64,000 nt of DNA from Lama glama (GCA_028534125.1 CM052832.1:18664001-18728000), one strand, 5' to 3'. Shown: positions 1-14,671, numbered from the stretch's first letter. The notes: a model not told the origin generated them from the sequence alone. Made by a program: numbers and translations.

Positions 1-396
1 GTTCCCCATGCACAGCCTCTTCTCCACCATTTAGTTACCAAAAGCCAGGGCACCAGCACAGGTCAGAAATATGAAGACAGGAGTATATGTGTGCGGTCCA
101 AAATCAAATGCAATTTTTAATCACAAAGCAATTCTTTGGTACTTATTTTCCATCTTTTAACACTCAGACACTAAAATTTTATAGATGTAGCCTGTGTATC
201 TCACCCACGTGATTGATATTTTTCTAAGGACTTCCAAGGATCAACTCTGTCCGAAAGAGTCAAGAACTGTACAGCATCACCTTTTCCAACATTGTTGAGC
301 ACTAAGTGAGATATTCCATGTGAATGCACACAAACAGGTTCTGTACTCCTTAACTGCAAGCTTTCACATGTGCAAGGTGTTTTTGTAAGACTCTCA

Positions 397-723
<327 letters not shown>

Positions 724-894
724 TTAAATCTATCGGGGAATAGCAAACACCCATTCACAAATCACTTAACTCTTTCTCAGTGTTTACTCACTGAGAACAT
801 CCCTAAGAAATATCTGTGAAATGGTCCGAGGTCCTTGCTGAGTGTGCTTCACAGTTGTAAGGAAATGACCGGCATTAGCAAAACCCTCACTTAC

Positions 895-961
895 CAAAGG
901 CCCTGGAAACAGGCCGCAGCATTCGGCTGTGAATAGTCTTCCTCTTGGACTTAGGAGTCAT
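895..961 (-). CDS. CARMIL1: CARMIL1 coding exon (~exon 30)
   Basis: ttgctag|ATG ACT CCT AAG...GCC TTT G|gtaagt; 67 nt; MTPKSKRKTIHSRMLRPVSRAF. Not in the ORF track (too short). Confidence 0.95.
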
Positions 962-3900
962 CTAGCAATAAAGTAAAGAAAGTACTTAGGCAGGAATTTC
1001 CAGAAGACTGGACTTTGAAGCTTCAGCAACATTGCGGGGAGTGTTAATATTTGGGATCAATTGTTTAAGTTCAGTATTTGTTTTACTTCTTTCGAGGATG
1101 GTTAGTAACATCTGACAGCCTGATTGAAAAGACTAAGCCAAAACATTTCTAAATATTTACCATTTTCTCAAATGAGATAGCCCACTTACTCCTTCCTCTG
1201 GCCCTATTCAGTTAAATTCTACTTATATAGCTAAAAGGAACGATGAATGATATAGAATTTGATTCCAAGTGGCACATGAAGATGTTAGAACTGGTATAAA
1301 CAATAAAATTGAAAGAGTGTACAAATCAATCACTAGAAATTGAAAACACAGTTATTCACCGTTCATTATCATAGCAACGTCAATGTAAGCAACATGGAAC
1401 TCTTTATCTTCTTAACGATTTAAGCAGCGTAACTTTTGTTTCACACTTCTGCCACAAAGATTTTGATCTTTACATTATAGGCAAAGACCACAGACCAAAG
1501 ACCAAAGGAAAAAGTTGCCATGATTTAGAAGTCTGTATCTGCTGTCACTTCTCAGTAAGATGTCTTTGATCCTGCCTGTCCTTTACAAAATGAGACCAAA
1601 ACCCAAACCATGGCCAAAACTTCCAAAGAGCATCTTTCTAGTATTATTGTCAACTGTTGATTATGTAAAGCAAAACCTCAGGAAGACATTAGCTTCTCCC
1701 TCAATCAGATAACACAGGTCAAAGCTGGAGAGGACCTTTGTCATCACCTCCACAAACAAATTCCAAGGAAGAAACTGAGTCATGGAGATGATAAAGACCA
1801 CCATTCGAGTCAACAGGAGCAGGGCCAGGGACAGACCCAGATCAGGTCAGCTTAGCATCCCTCCCACCTCATCACTTGTTATATCAATATACAGATGGAT
1901 GGATTTTACGGATGTTAACAGGTTTGATACTGGAAAATGGCATTTGTGTAAACTAAGAGATAATATAACTGAAAGAACTTAGTTTAGAGACTTCCCTTTC
2001 CCTTAATAGGTTGTCACTGAAAGCTTTCTCAAGAAAAAAAAAATTCACAAGATTGATAAACTTTCTTCAGTTCAAAGAACAAATTGTTTCCTATTGACCT
2101 TCAAAGCAAACAGCTTTATTGTTTTGACAATTTTATGTCAGTTTTAATAATAATATCCTTTTGCTATTATTTATTATTGTGAGAAAAGGGAAATAAAAAA
2201 TAATGAGCAATGGAATTTAAATCCATACTGGTCTTCCTGAAATACAGAGTGAAACTTGCTGATTTAATTCTTTCAAGGTTTTGTTAAAAACAGACAATCA
2301 GAAGACTCTTTTTAGAAAACACTGAGCTTTGCAGGTTCAATAAAAACACAACCAATCCAATGCAAGTGGAAAGGAATCCGGTTTCAACGTAGTTCTCTCT
2401 AAAACTGGCCTTGCCGTTGGCTGAAAAAGTTAATGGCCTGACTGGTCTATTACCAAATGAAACCTCTAAAAATAATTCTCAGGAGACACAAAATACCAAA
2501 ATAAATGCTATGTTTAGTCATGAACATTTCTTCAGTAATTCTGTCCACTTCGTGCACAACCTCCATAGGTAACAGGATCAAGAAATAGCTTGAGATATAA
2601 TTTCCAGCCAACTCATTTAGATAGTCACAACTAAATAGGAAAGTTTAAAAAAAAATTCATAGAATGAAGATGTCTTCCATAATTTTTCTCTGACTCTTGA
2701 TTAGATTTTACAAGAAAAGAAGGCAAAAATAAGAAAAGATGAGCAAAAATTATCTGGGTCAAGATTCCCTATTTAGCCTTTATAAGAAATACCAAGTACA
2801 TAAAACATGACAATAATGGCATTTCGAATATATTATCATTTTAATATATAAATAATACATATAGAATTATATATAAAAATATATATAAAAGATAGAAGCT
2901 CATGTAGAAACTGATGCCTATCTGTAAACAGATCATTCAGCTCAACCTAATTTCACAGGCATACTGAGAAACATACAGAATCATCAGGATTTTTGATGGC
3001 TGACATCAATCAAAGGGAAACTACTTTGCCTTTCTTGGTCTAGCTTTCTAATGCCTCAAAACCTAGTATATGAAATTTGACTATCAGAACAAAGCATTCT
3101 AATACGTTTTCACTGCTTTCCTTCATTTGATATGCTCCTTAATAGCATACAACTTCCATCAACTTTTGCATTTCACATAAAACTCTTTCACTGTATTTGA
3201 CATGTCTTAGTTCTTAAGTTTTGCCATGTTTGGACAGGGCCAATGAGCGGCCTTTTGCTAAATTGGGCAGGGCTTGCAGTCAGGCTAGTTTCCACAATTG
3301 GTGTTAAGAATGCAACCCAATTTTATGTTTCTTTTGATGGATGAACAATTTTTGTAATCTCTTACTCTCATGGGAAAGAATATGGGTTCAAATATAACAA
3401 TGGAGAAAAAAATGAATTTTATTTTTTCATATTTTTCTTTCTTTTCTTTACAATTATTTCTTCCTTAACAGTTTTACAGACAATATGGCCTTGCTCAACG
3501 TACTGGCTTATTACTGTGATTCTATTACATATGAATTTAAAGCAAGAGGAAATGTAAGGATGAGCTGTGAACATCCACCTAAGTGTATATTTCAGAACAA
3601 ATATTGTATGTTTCTCTAGAAATACAGTTTATATGGACTCTTGCCTCCCCCTTCTCACACCTGTTGGTTAGATGAATTACATCCTGGAAAAAAAAAATTT
3701 GACTTTACCATCCAGATTTACCTTTACTCTCTTCCCTTTTCGTACCAAAATGAAAGAGTTAATTTTCTCAGATTATTTTTTCAGTCCTCATTTACCTTTC
3801 CTGGACATTTGTCAATGCCTAAGTATTTTCTGATCAGAGAAATCACAAAGTGCCCTTCAGATGAAAAGGGGCAGCAGTGGAAGCGGAAGAGGTACACACA

Positions 3901-4273
3901 TCAAATGGACCTTCCATAAATCAATTGAGGATTAACACGGCCAACTATGACCTCAAGGCCCAGACAGAACTACTTTATCTTCAAAAGTGCATTTTATGAA
4001 TAATAAGGAATTTTCAATATTCACATCCTCAGGAAACATGAGGAACATGAGCCCTTTAAAATATAACTTGAGAAGGAAAACCCTAAACATACTTATTCTG
4101 ACATCACAAACATGAATAAATCCCCACTGTGGCAGACAGTGAACAGAATGCATGCCTCTCTTCTCTAAGAATCCAAAAGCAGCACAATGTCTACACTGCT
4201 TGGAAATCTTACTCATTTGATCCAATTTTTATAATGGATTTAAAACTATTCTCCAGGTAGCTCAATAGTGAGA

Positions 4274-4342
4274 TATATATACACACACACACACATTTAT
4301 ATACATACACACACATACATACATACATATATACATATACAC
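4274..4342. repeat. Compound (AT)/(AC)/(ACAT) microsatellite
   Basis: atatatatacacacacacacacatttatatacatacacacacatacatacatacatatatacatatacac. Confidence 0.85.
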
Positions 4343-5059
4343 ACTTTTACCACAAATTAAGGATTAATATTAGACCCTTACAAACAACATGTTTATTCAT
4401 TTTAACACATAATTCCCAGACATACTATTTTTTTTTTAAATGAGAGTTAAACTGGTTCTATCACCAGAAAAATAGGATGGAGTAGTTTCCTTGTTCATTT
4501 TACCAAGTTTGCTCAAAGAATAATAAACAACCCTCTCACTCCAAGCTCAAGAATCCTTAATTACTCTTCCTTGAGGTTAAAACAAACAAACAAACAAAAA
4601 CCAAAAAACAGTTGGAAAGCAGATTAGTAAAATTCTTCTAATATAAGAAGGTATTTATGATGCTGATTTTCTACAACTGTGGGAAACAAGTAATATGACA
4701 AGAATCAGAAATTAAAAACCCTAGAAGTGTGAGTAATCATGTCTTTTTTTTTTTTTTTTAAAACATGTTTGGAGTAAGCACTTTTCTCCTCTTGAATTTT
4801 ATACCCTCTTCATCAACACTCTGCTTGCTTTCAGGCACATGGCTGGGAATATTTTAAATTCATCACCTGTGTTGCTAGCTGAACCATCTTGTAAAATCCC
4901 ATCTTGTCTCTAAATTGCTGCCTATTTCATTCAGGATCCACAGATGGATGACGACACTACAGTCTCCTGGGAGACCAGCCAGGCAGCAGGGAAGCAAATG
5001 GAGCACAAGAATGTAAACTAGTACAGCCAGAATCTGCAGAGCCACCAAAAAATACTTAC

Positions 5060-5077
5060 ACTTGTACAGCAGAGAGT
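5060..5077 (-). CDS. CARMIL1: Candidate 18-nt alternative microexon of CARMIL1 (TLCCTS)
   Basis: Minus strand ...tttctttttgctgcatggag|ACT CTC TGC TGT ACA AGT|gtaagt; about 100 nt of pyrimidine-rich AG-free sequence upstream (5080-5180), consensus donor, phase 0/0 matching the flanking exons. Confidence 0.7.
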
Positions 5078-8052
5078 CTCCATGCAGCAAAAAGAAAGGA
5101 AAAAAATATGAATGGAAGAGAGATAAAGCAACAGCATTACAAGAAAAGGGGAGGGGAGACACCATTCGCAAACAGAAAAGCTACATAAAAAGCCTTCATA
5201 GCAAAGGAAAGAGGCAAGAATGAGGCCAAACTATTATTAGCTTACGGCATCCAACTTAGTTTTTTATAAGCAGAAGCACAATTACAGCTTGAAAACTGCA
5301 GAAACTCTTCAGAGATATTACCTCTTTTGCTAAGAGCATGCAAAGTGTCCTCTACCAACTCTGTCAGGTATTAACACCACTTGGGGAATGGAGACATCAT
5401 TAGCTCCAAAGGCACTAACTGGTGGACAGAACACTGGATGGATATTAGCAAACTCCATGCAGCTTTTGGTTCTTGGGCCACAGGGCTAGTCCCAGCAACG
5501 AAGTGGGGACAGTGTATCTGTGCACACATCTAAGCATCCCTTCGGGGTGGGGCGGGGGCAGGTTCATTCCTTTCCATCATCCTATCTTACCCACTGTGAT
5601 GCAGTAGCTTTAAAAGTTCTTTCTCCCTCTCAGTCATCAAAGCATTCCAGGCAAGGATCTGATGCCAAAATCTAACATAGTTACCTACCTATAGTGTCAC
5701 TGATATTGATGGTACCTCATACTTTGGTGGGAATTTAGGTCACCTTACATTTCATATTAAATCTCTAATTGAATAATTTTTAAAACCTCATTGGTCATCA
5801 CTGACACTTGTTAGGGCATTTTCTTAATATTCTGAAAATTTATAAAAGAGCCTTTAAAAACATAGCAAACACCAGAAAATCCTATTATAGAATGTTAGGC
5901 TTTGTGAAAGCAAAGTATGAGGGTGGGTGGAATCTTTTCCAAACCTGAAAACACACTCTGAGAAAGGCCACCTACTCTATCAACGTGGGGATGGCTTTTT
6001 TTTTTTTCTTTAAGTTCCTTATTTTGTGTGTGTCAATTCTTCTCAGTTACAACAGGATGAAAATACAACAGGGCTCCTCAATTTGGGAATGTTAACAGTT
6101 GGGTGACCCACAAGTAGAGGGCTTCCCGTAACCATCACCACCATCAGCATTATCATCCTCAGCAGTATTTGCTTATCAGAAAGGCTTCCATCAGCAAGGC
6201 CCTGAAAAAGTCTCAATCCCCAGATTTCTAATTTCATATTTTATTAATTTTCTTCAAATAGGCCTCATTTTATGATACATTAAATTAGATTGGAAACAGC
6301 CTTGCTGAATGAAAGGAGAAAAAGCAAAAACGTATTTTCAAATATTCTTGAATTGTCCGAAATGAAGACTCTTGCCCCTGTCGTAACTATATATCCTGTG
6401 AAAAGCCTCCTTCAAGGTGAGACTATGGATACAGACATAGGAGAGTTACAGCCGATGGTTAAGTACCATAGATAATTTTAGACTTTCTTTCTCTTTGTGA
6501 AAGCTTAATTCAACATGACAAATAACTCTGTCCCAATTATTCACCTAAAGATCATTATAAGTGAAGGTGATAAAGCTTTCAATTGGTTCAACTCCTAAAA
6601 TGGAAGGCAAGCAAAAAAAATGTTCCTATCAAGATGGAAACCATGGCAACAGACAGTTCAACTTATCAAACAAATAAAGATCATTAGTTCACTACTCCTG
6701 CACACTTTTCGGAACTCACTTAACATACTGACTTCAGCATCTCCCTTTCAGGACGAGGGAAGGACAACTAGTGAGTGAAGAGAGGTCATCCTCTCCCAAG
6801 AGTATGTCTCATGCTCAAGGTTTTGGCATCCAAGAAACTGAGCTCAAAGCAGTTAACGGCTGTGGAACTCCAGTCAATGTTTTTGTAAAGTCAGACCTCG
6901 TTTTCTAGCTTGTAAAATAAACTGCTACGAGGATGAAATACGATAATGAATATAAAGTGCTTACTATAGTGCCAATCAGTGACCTCACAGTACTTCAATA
7001 ACAGGTAGTGATTATAAGCATCAGTAATAGTATCACTCTTTTCATTCTTCTATTCCCAACGAGAAAAACTGGGTAGAGAGGGAGCCTTCATTAGTAGACC
7101 TACAATGGCGAAAAGCTGGGAACAATCTAAAAGCCTACTGAATAAGGGGATGGATAACTAAAATGAGGTATATTCAATGATGGAACAGCAGTTAAAAGGG
7201 GGAAAAAACTTTACAGCAACATGAAAAATCTCAAAAGATAATAGTGAAAAAAAGCAAGTTTCAGAAAGATACACACGCTATGATGCCATTTATGTAAATT
7301 CTAAAAACATACAAAATAACACTATATACTGTTCATGAAAACATGTATGCTTGAGCACATTAAATAGTGTCCAAACTCATGACAGTGGTGCCTCTGAGGA
7401 AAGGGAAGAAGAGTGAGGCTATCAGGAGTGGTCAAATGAGGCCACAACTTTATCAGTACTATTTCATTTTATTTAAGATTCAACAAATATTTATTGAGCA
7501 CCTACTGTGCCCTGGGTACTTCTGGAGAAGGGGCCTGGGTATAGCAGTGACTAAGCTAGATGAAGTCCCTGCATTCCAAGAGTTCATATTCTGGTATCAA
7601 AAAAACACACTGGCAAAACAAAGATGCTAATACGCTAACAGTTGTCTGTTCAGGTTGGTGGGAACATACGTATTTGACTTTTTTTTTTTTTTTGGTGTGC
7701 TTTCTTGTAGTTTTCTTAAGAACTCTTCAAAAAGCTTATTCAGTAATACTGAAAGGAATCACTCAGGTCACTTGGTGCTTACCAATTACCTGGGTTTACT
7801 CTGCAGACACCCTAAAAGACGCTCATCTGCATGACTGTATATCATCACCACCAGGGCTCCCTCCTGATGGGTAATGACAAGGGGACCAATTTGATCATCA
7901 TAATTTGGAGGTGGAAACTGATCTACTATAACATACATGAAGAAACTTTAAAAATTCTTAAGGGAGCTCAGAGTTGTTTTATATGTAACAAGTGTTTTGT
8001 AAGTGTTATTATTGCCATAAAGCATTCAAGAATAGTTATCATCTCTCTAACA

Positions 8053-8910
8053 GGCCATGAAAAGCTGTTCAGCATCACTGATCATTAGAGAAATGCAAAT
8101 TAAAACCACACCTCACACCTCTCAGAAAGGCCATCATCAAAAGGTGTACAAATGTTGGAGAGGATGTGGAGAAAAGGGAACCAACACTGTTGTTGGGAAT
8201 GTAAATTGGTGCAGCCACTGTGGAAAATGGTATAGAGGTTTCTTAAAAAACTAAAAATAGAACTACCATATGATCCAGCAATTCCACTCCTGGGTATATA
8301 TCTGGAAAAAAATGAAAACACTAATTCAAAAAGATACATGCACCCCAAAGTTTAAATAGCATTATTTATAATAACCAAGACATGGAACCAACCCAAGTAC
8401 CCATCAACAGGTGACTGGATTAAGAAGATGTAGTAAATCTACACAATGGAATATCACTCAGCCATAAAAAAGAATGAAATACTGCCATTTGCAGCAACAT
8501 GGATGGACTTAGGGAACAGTATACTTAATGAAATAAGTCAGACAGAAAACGACAAACATGTTATCACTTACTTGAAGAATCCAAAAAATAATACAAATGA
8601 ATGTATATCTAAACCAAAACAGATTCACAGACATAGAACATTTAGTTGTGGTAACTAAAAAGGAGAAGGAAGTGGGGAGAGGGACAAATTAGGGGTATGG
8701 GAGTAACAAACTATTATATATAAAATAGATACATAATAAGGATATTCTAGAGAGCACAGGAAGTTATACTTATTATCTGGTAATAACCTATAATGGAATC
8801 TGCAAAAATACTGAATCACTATGCTGTATACCTGAAACTAGACAATACTGTAAATCAATCATACTTCAATTAAAAATAATAAAATTTCAAAATATATAAA
8901 TAAATCAAAA
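8053..8910 (+). mobile_element. LINE-1 3' fragment (ORF2 C-terminus + 3'UTR + A-rich tail)
   Basis: Degenerate ORF2 C-terminal peptides [33 protein letters not shown] and MEYHSAIKKNEILPFAATWMDL in ORFs 8057..8254 and 8446..8658; A-rich end near 8870-8910. Confidence 0.92.
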
Positions 8911-10079
8911 GCACACTGCCATCTCAACATTTAGGAGCCCAAGAAGCCAAATTACAACACAAACTCGGTACCACATCTACCTTTTTCATTTTCTTTACCA
9001 TGAAACTCACATGTGAGGGATTTAAAAAAATTCAACATGAACCTAGATGAGAATTCACTCTAACAAAACCAGGTAAATGTTTTGCCACCCAGGTTAGCGA
9101 TTCTTTCCATAAGAGCACGGAGATAGAGATTTGATGTCCAAGAACTGGCCCAGACTGGGCAAGGAATAAGAGCTCTTTAGTTAGAAAATTTGGAAAATGA
9201 GGGAGTTTACATCCAAGCACAGCAATTTAAGCATATCTGCCCAAAGGTCACAGAGGTACCTTTTGGCTTTCACCTCATCAGTCCCAACCTCAGGCTCTAG
9301 GAGCAGAAAAAGCATCACACCTACAAGGATTTCAACTACAGACAGTTGCCTAGTCAAGTACATTTACTTTATGAAACATTTTTAAAGATACTTAGGCAGA
9401 AATGGCCAAAAACGTTTATTATGAACTCCTTTACCAAAAAAAAAAAGAAAAGTGATTTTTTCAAGTTTTTTTTTTTTTACATATGGCAGAATTCTTTTGA
9501 AACATCTTAAGCAGTGCCTCAAAAAAAAAAAAAAACAAAAGAGAGAAATGGGGTGAATTTGGCTGAAACAGGAGAATGCCTAGTGACTGACTCAAGTTTC
9601 CTTAAGTGCCCCCTCTCCACCCTGTGTCCCCAAGAGTCCTTGGGGGAAACAAAGTGAACATCTTTGTACAAAGGATGAGCCAGGACTCTGTCTCGTTCAT
9701 CTCTAAATTCCCAGAGTCTGGAGAGAGGCTGACATATAGCAGGTGCGCATTAACTATCTGGTGAATGAATGAGTGAACTGACTCATTGCTCCAGGGCTCC
9801 CTCCACACTTCGCTTTTACAGACTTTTTTAAAACAGGAAATCTGTCACTACTACAATCATCATTTCCATTAAGGGAAATTAGGCACAAGGATAGAAGGGC
9901 ACAATCTATTGTAAGAATAGGCCTTCAAATTAGACACATTTACTTTCATGAAAAGTTTTTTCTGTTGTCCTTATTTTTCCTGTGTTAGATTGATAAAAAC
10001 TTCCTCATAGATCCTAGTGGCTCATGGAATGGTGTCTACTTCTTTAACCAAGCAACTCTTCAACTCTGCCCCTTAACTA

Positions 10080-11250
10080 TTTAAACATTTTCCAATTTAC
10101 CCCACCACCACCAAAATAGTATAATACAAGTATACTCCATGTAGATTCCCAAATTATTAACATTCTGTCACACTATTTCCTCCATTTTCTCTTTATCACA
10201 CACACACAAAATTATGGCTGAACCATTTAAAAGTTGTTGGTATCTTGACATTCCACCTTTAAATCCTTCTGCATGAACATCCTAAGGATTATATTCTCCT
10301 ACGTAACCAACCATTCATGGTTATCACCTAACAAAGTTAATAGCAGTTATGTAACATCTATGTACATACTGTGCTTCACATCCATATTTCCCCATTTGTC
10401 CATCAAATGTCTTACAACACTCTCCCATCCCCTTTTTGGATGCATGATCTAATGGAGAATTTGCCCCTGGTCTATACGGTTATGTATTTCTAGTCTCCTT
10501 TATCTAGCACACCCTCCTCCCCCCACCCCCAATCCTGCCTTTCTTTTTCATGATACTGACTTCCTTGAAGAATTCAGGCCAACTGTTTCCTAGACTGTCC
10601 CACATTCTATATTCGTCTGTCTCTCATCATTAGATTCAGGTGAACCATTTTTGGCACGGATGCTGAATGGGTGATGCTGTGAATTCATGACTGAATCACA
10701 ACAAGTGGCACCCAGGTCAAGTTGTTCCACCATTGGTGACACTAAATTTGATCACTTCATTAGGGCGGGAACCTCCCGATTGCTCCATTGTTAAAGTACC
10801 TTGTGTCTTGGTAATTAATAATAACACTGTACGATGATACTTGCAGCTCATGTAGATGAGCCCATTTTTAAACAACCATTGACAATCCCTGCCTGAATGA
10901 ATGAATACAAAGGGAGCCACAAAATTGTCACTTTCTACTTCTATCATTATTCCCACATTTATTAGGTGCCTCTATAAGGACTGAATTTCCCTTTTTAAAA
11001 TCCTCTGTACCACCCTCTCTCTTTTATTTTCTTAGTATTACTCCGGACTTAATGGGTTTTTAAAATTAATCCAGTGTATCCTAAACTTACTGTCATTACT
11101 CTTTTTTGGTTGCATGAAGTATCCCAGTGGAAGCCATTTCAATCTGGATTTTGCATCCTTTGCAATGATCCCACTGGATTTAGAGCCAGTCTCTGCTTTT
11201 TTTGATACAGGATATCCTAGTTTCTCCTGTGCACTTTTAAAATGGCTATG
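10080..11250 (-). mobile_element. Old, degenerate LINE-1 (L1M-type) 3' region
   Basis: Motifs resembling L1ME 3'UTR (gaagaattcaggccaactgttt, cattagattcaggtgaaccatttttggc, tttgatcacttcattaggg); boundaries approximate. Confidence 0.5.
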
Positions 11251-13496
11251 GGTAATCCCTGTTTAATGAACTAGATTGTAATAATTAAATATTTCCTACT
11301 AGATTGTCAGCTGAGTCAATGCTCAAGGTGAATCAAAACTCAGTCCTTATTAACTGATTTATACCCTCAAATATCTGACCAAACCATATTATCATATTTG
11401 TACTTTGAGAAGTAATTTTTATGCATTTCCATTTGTTCAGGTTTGAGGCAGTATAAATCTTACTGAGAAAACGAGATACCCAATCCTTTCTATGATGACT
11501 GCTGGAGAGCAACAATCTTTAAGATCTAGGAAGAGTAGGAATATGGAAGCCATAACTCTGAGAGAGTTGCAATAAATCAATGGACAAAAGGAAGAATGAT
11601 GTGTAGAGATTTAGTGAGGTGCCACATTTCCTACTGAATGCAGTATTAAATCCAGCTAGTCACATCACACTCATTAACTTTTATATCCAGAATCTCATTT
11701 CATAGAAAAGTTAAAATGGCATCTTGATGTTAAAACCAAAACATTCAGGGAGCCGTATGGATGACAGACAATTGTGAAGATCACAGTTGAGTACTATTTT
11801 TAAATGAACATGGTTCGTTCTGTTATTTCCCAGATCTCCACAATTTTCTTTTTATACAAGAAAATTAAATCTTTATCTTCCTTTGTCATGTTTCCTCTAG
11901 GAAACAGCTCACTTTTTACTCATTTTAACTAATCTTGCAACTAATGGGAAAAAGGAATTTTACACTTAAACAGTCTCTTTAAAAAGTGAATATAATTTCA
12001 TATGTCTTTCTTGAGTAGTCCAAAGAATGAAACCACTTGGTACCAATTTCAAGCAAATATCTTACCTTGAAAGCATGTGTTAGTGCTGCCGGGCACATAA
12101 GCGTGATGCTTATTAACACAAGCATCTGGTATGTGCCCCTTGTAGTGTTATAATAAAAGAGAGTGGGAACATTTAAGTACTTAATTGCACTATTAAGCAC
12201 AATGTTATTCCAATTGTCATAAAAAATTTAAAAACATTTAAAAATTGTCTTTATTGTACAAGAATAAACTGTGGGGGAAAACCCCACTGAGTATTATACT
12301 TGAAAGCTATTTTAAGTTTAGATTGTTGGAAAATCCACATTTATAATGGAAGGCAAGAGTGAGGAAGACAGGAGAAGACTTAAATACTCTCCTTCACAAT
12401 GGACATCATAGCTCAGGGACGTCAAGATGAACAATTTAAAAAAGCATAAAATGCTTAATGCAGCACATTTGCTCTGTGCATGGAACATTAGCGCTATGTA
12501 AATGACAAAAAGAGTTAGCACCAATTCCAACACCACCACTACCAACAACAAAACCAGATTAAATCCTACAATTTGTTTGACTGCTTTAAAAATCTTCAGT
12601 CAAGTAAACTGCAGCGGCGCCAGGTAAAGAGAATGGATGGTGGTTTAAGGACTGGTGATTTAGGGTTCTGGCTGGGGGGCTGCAGTAATCTATCAGCAAT
12701 CAGGAGATCTGGTTCTTGCTGAATGTCATGGATCTCCAAGATTTTCTAAGACTGAGTCTTAAAACTCCATATCCTAACTCTTCATCCTCCAATAGAACTT
12801 CAGGTAAGGATGGCTTACCACCCAAACTTTGTAAAGTCTGTTCTGGCTTCGAAGTTGAGACTTTTGTCATGTTCAGTTTAACTCCTTTAGATTAACGTCC
12901 CTTCTAAATGGATTCTCAAGGTAACTCTCTCTAAATTATAGATCCATCATTTTGATAATTCACTCATAACTTGAGATCATTATTCTCATTAACACATTCA
13001 CCTATTGAGGAAATCTGCCAAAAGCAATGCAAAAGTTACCTGCCACTTTTTTCACTGGCTTTGGTTTCATTTTAAAGTGAATAAGCTTTTTGCAATCAAG
13101 CTTTAGTGAAAAGCCGGATAAATTATCTACCAAACACACGTTTTAAATGCCACTTGGCACTGTATTATAACCAAAGAAGAATGGTTTTCAGAGCATATAT
13201 GTGTAGTCTCTATCTGTGGTCCTGCCCTACGATTAACTATAACAAACCCTGCCTTATCAATGAATGTGTTTCTTTGCATTTTCCAACACTTAAGGCTTCA
13301 GTGATAAATAACTGGACACAGGTGGTCAATGCATTCAGTTACCTGTGGGGGCAGAGACCACACAACTAGTGTGCACAACTAGAAGCATTTCTGAGGTTTT
13401 GCTAGGGCCATGACAGACGATGCACTGAAATCTTCTTCAGGAAGGACCATTTGGGCCATGCTAAATTGGGTGAGGCATTTGGAGATTTCAGCTGGA

Positions 13497-13712
13497 GATT
13501 TGACATTTGAACACAGGCTTGAACTTGTGCAGGTCCAATTACAGGTGGATTTTTTCAATAAATACCTACTACAGTACTACTCATTCCATGGCTGGATGAA
13601 TCCGCAGACGCGGAACAGCAGACACGGGAAGTGGCTGTACAGTTATGGGCCGGTTTTCAACTGTATTGGGGGTTGGCGCCCTTAAACCCCATGTTGTTCA
13701 AAGGTCAACTAT
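13497..13712 (+). mobile_element. Tigger2a-like MITE
   Basis: ttgacatttgaacacaggcttgaact...gttgttcaaaggtcaactata; homologous to 39629-39844. Confidence 0.65.
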
Positions 13713-14570
13713 ACTCTTGCAAGGGCTGAAGTGGGTTGGGAGCTGCTCCCAGAACAGAATCCTGACTTGGCTTACAGGTACCCACCCTACCGCTCAGCTC
13801 TGGTCAGCCGGTCTTCCGTCTGGGTGAGAGAAATGACCACATATCTCAATTCTGATAATCAGAGTTGTATCAGTAAGGTCTAAAGCTTACAGCATTAGTT
13901 CCCAAGGTTAAGGCTCCAATTTCCCCAGCAGACAACGGAGCACCATGCAGTCAGAGCCGGGGACCAGTCTTGAACTTGCTATACTATAACCTCCTCAGTT
14001 CTTTTCTCTTAACTCTGTTCACCTCACTTGCCCTTTAATTTCTATTGCAGTTATTAAATGTGCCGCCTAAAATAGTTTCTCAAAGAAGGCAAAACATACA
14101 TAATTCCAAGAAATAAATACAAAGTTAATATAATCTAAACTAAAATACATAAAAGAAATGCAGTTCTATCTGGAGCAAGGAAGTAATTTTTTGGTCCAGT
14201 TTCCAAGCGTGGTTTTTAGTATGAAAGTCAGTATGATTTTTCTTCAGCATACACATCAAAGTGTAAAACATAAAGCTAAAAACCATTGTATGTATACATA
14301 TATATTTTTTAAGCCATATACTTTATATTTTGATTCTGTTAAGGAACAGGCGTGTGATAGAGGCTTCGCTTCCGTCTTGAGAGATGGGAAATCCTTACGT
14401 ATCAAGTTCCAACAATGATAGTGGTTTCCTCTGAGGTACGTTTAAGGAAACTGAGATTTTGGATAGGCAACTTCCCTGTCTGAATTTCCACACGCAAGCT
14501 GAAGAATGAAGATTAACTCATCCCAACCCTAATTAGTGTTTCTAAACTATAACTAGCATAATTAAGAGAC

Positions 14571-14610
14571 TGGGGTGGGGTGGGGTGGGGTGGGGTGGGG
14601 TGGGGTGGGG
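14571..14610 (+). repeat. (TGGGG)8 pentanucleotide repeat, G-quadruplex-competent
   Basis: Eight perfect TGGGG units directly 5' of the SINE head. Confidence 0.95.
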
Positions 14611-14671
14611 GTGAGTATAGCTCAGTGGTAGAGTGCACGCTTAACATGCATGAGGTCCTGGGTTCAATCCC
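14608..14671 (+). mobile_element. 3'-truncated tRNA-Ala-derived SINE head
   Basis: GGGTGAGTATAGCTCAGTGGTAGAGTGCACGCTTAACATGCATGAGGTCCTGGGTTCAATCCC; no A tail. Confidence 0.8.

Noticed and set aside
8057..8658. ORFs with protein-like content (also 62224-62427)
   Set aside because: Frameshifted remnants of LINE-1 ORF2, not host genes.
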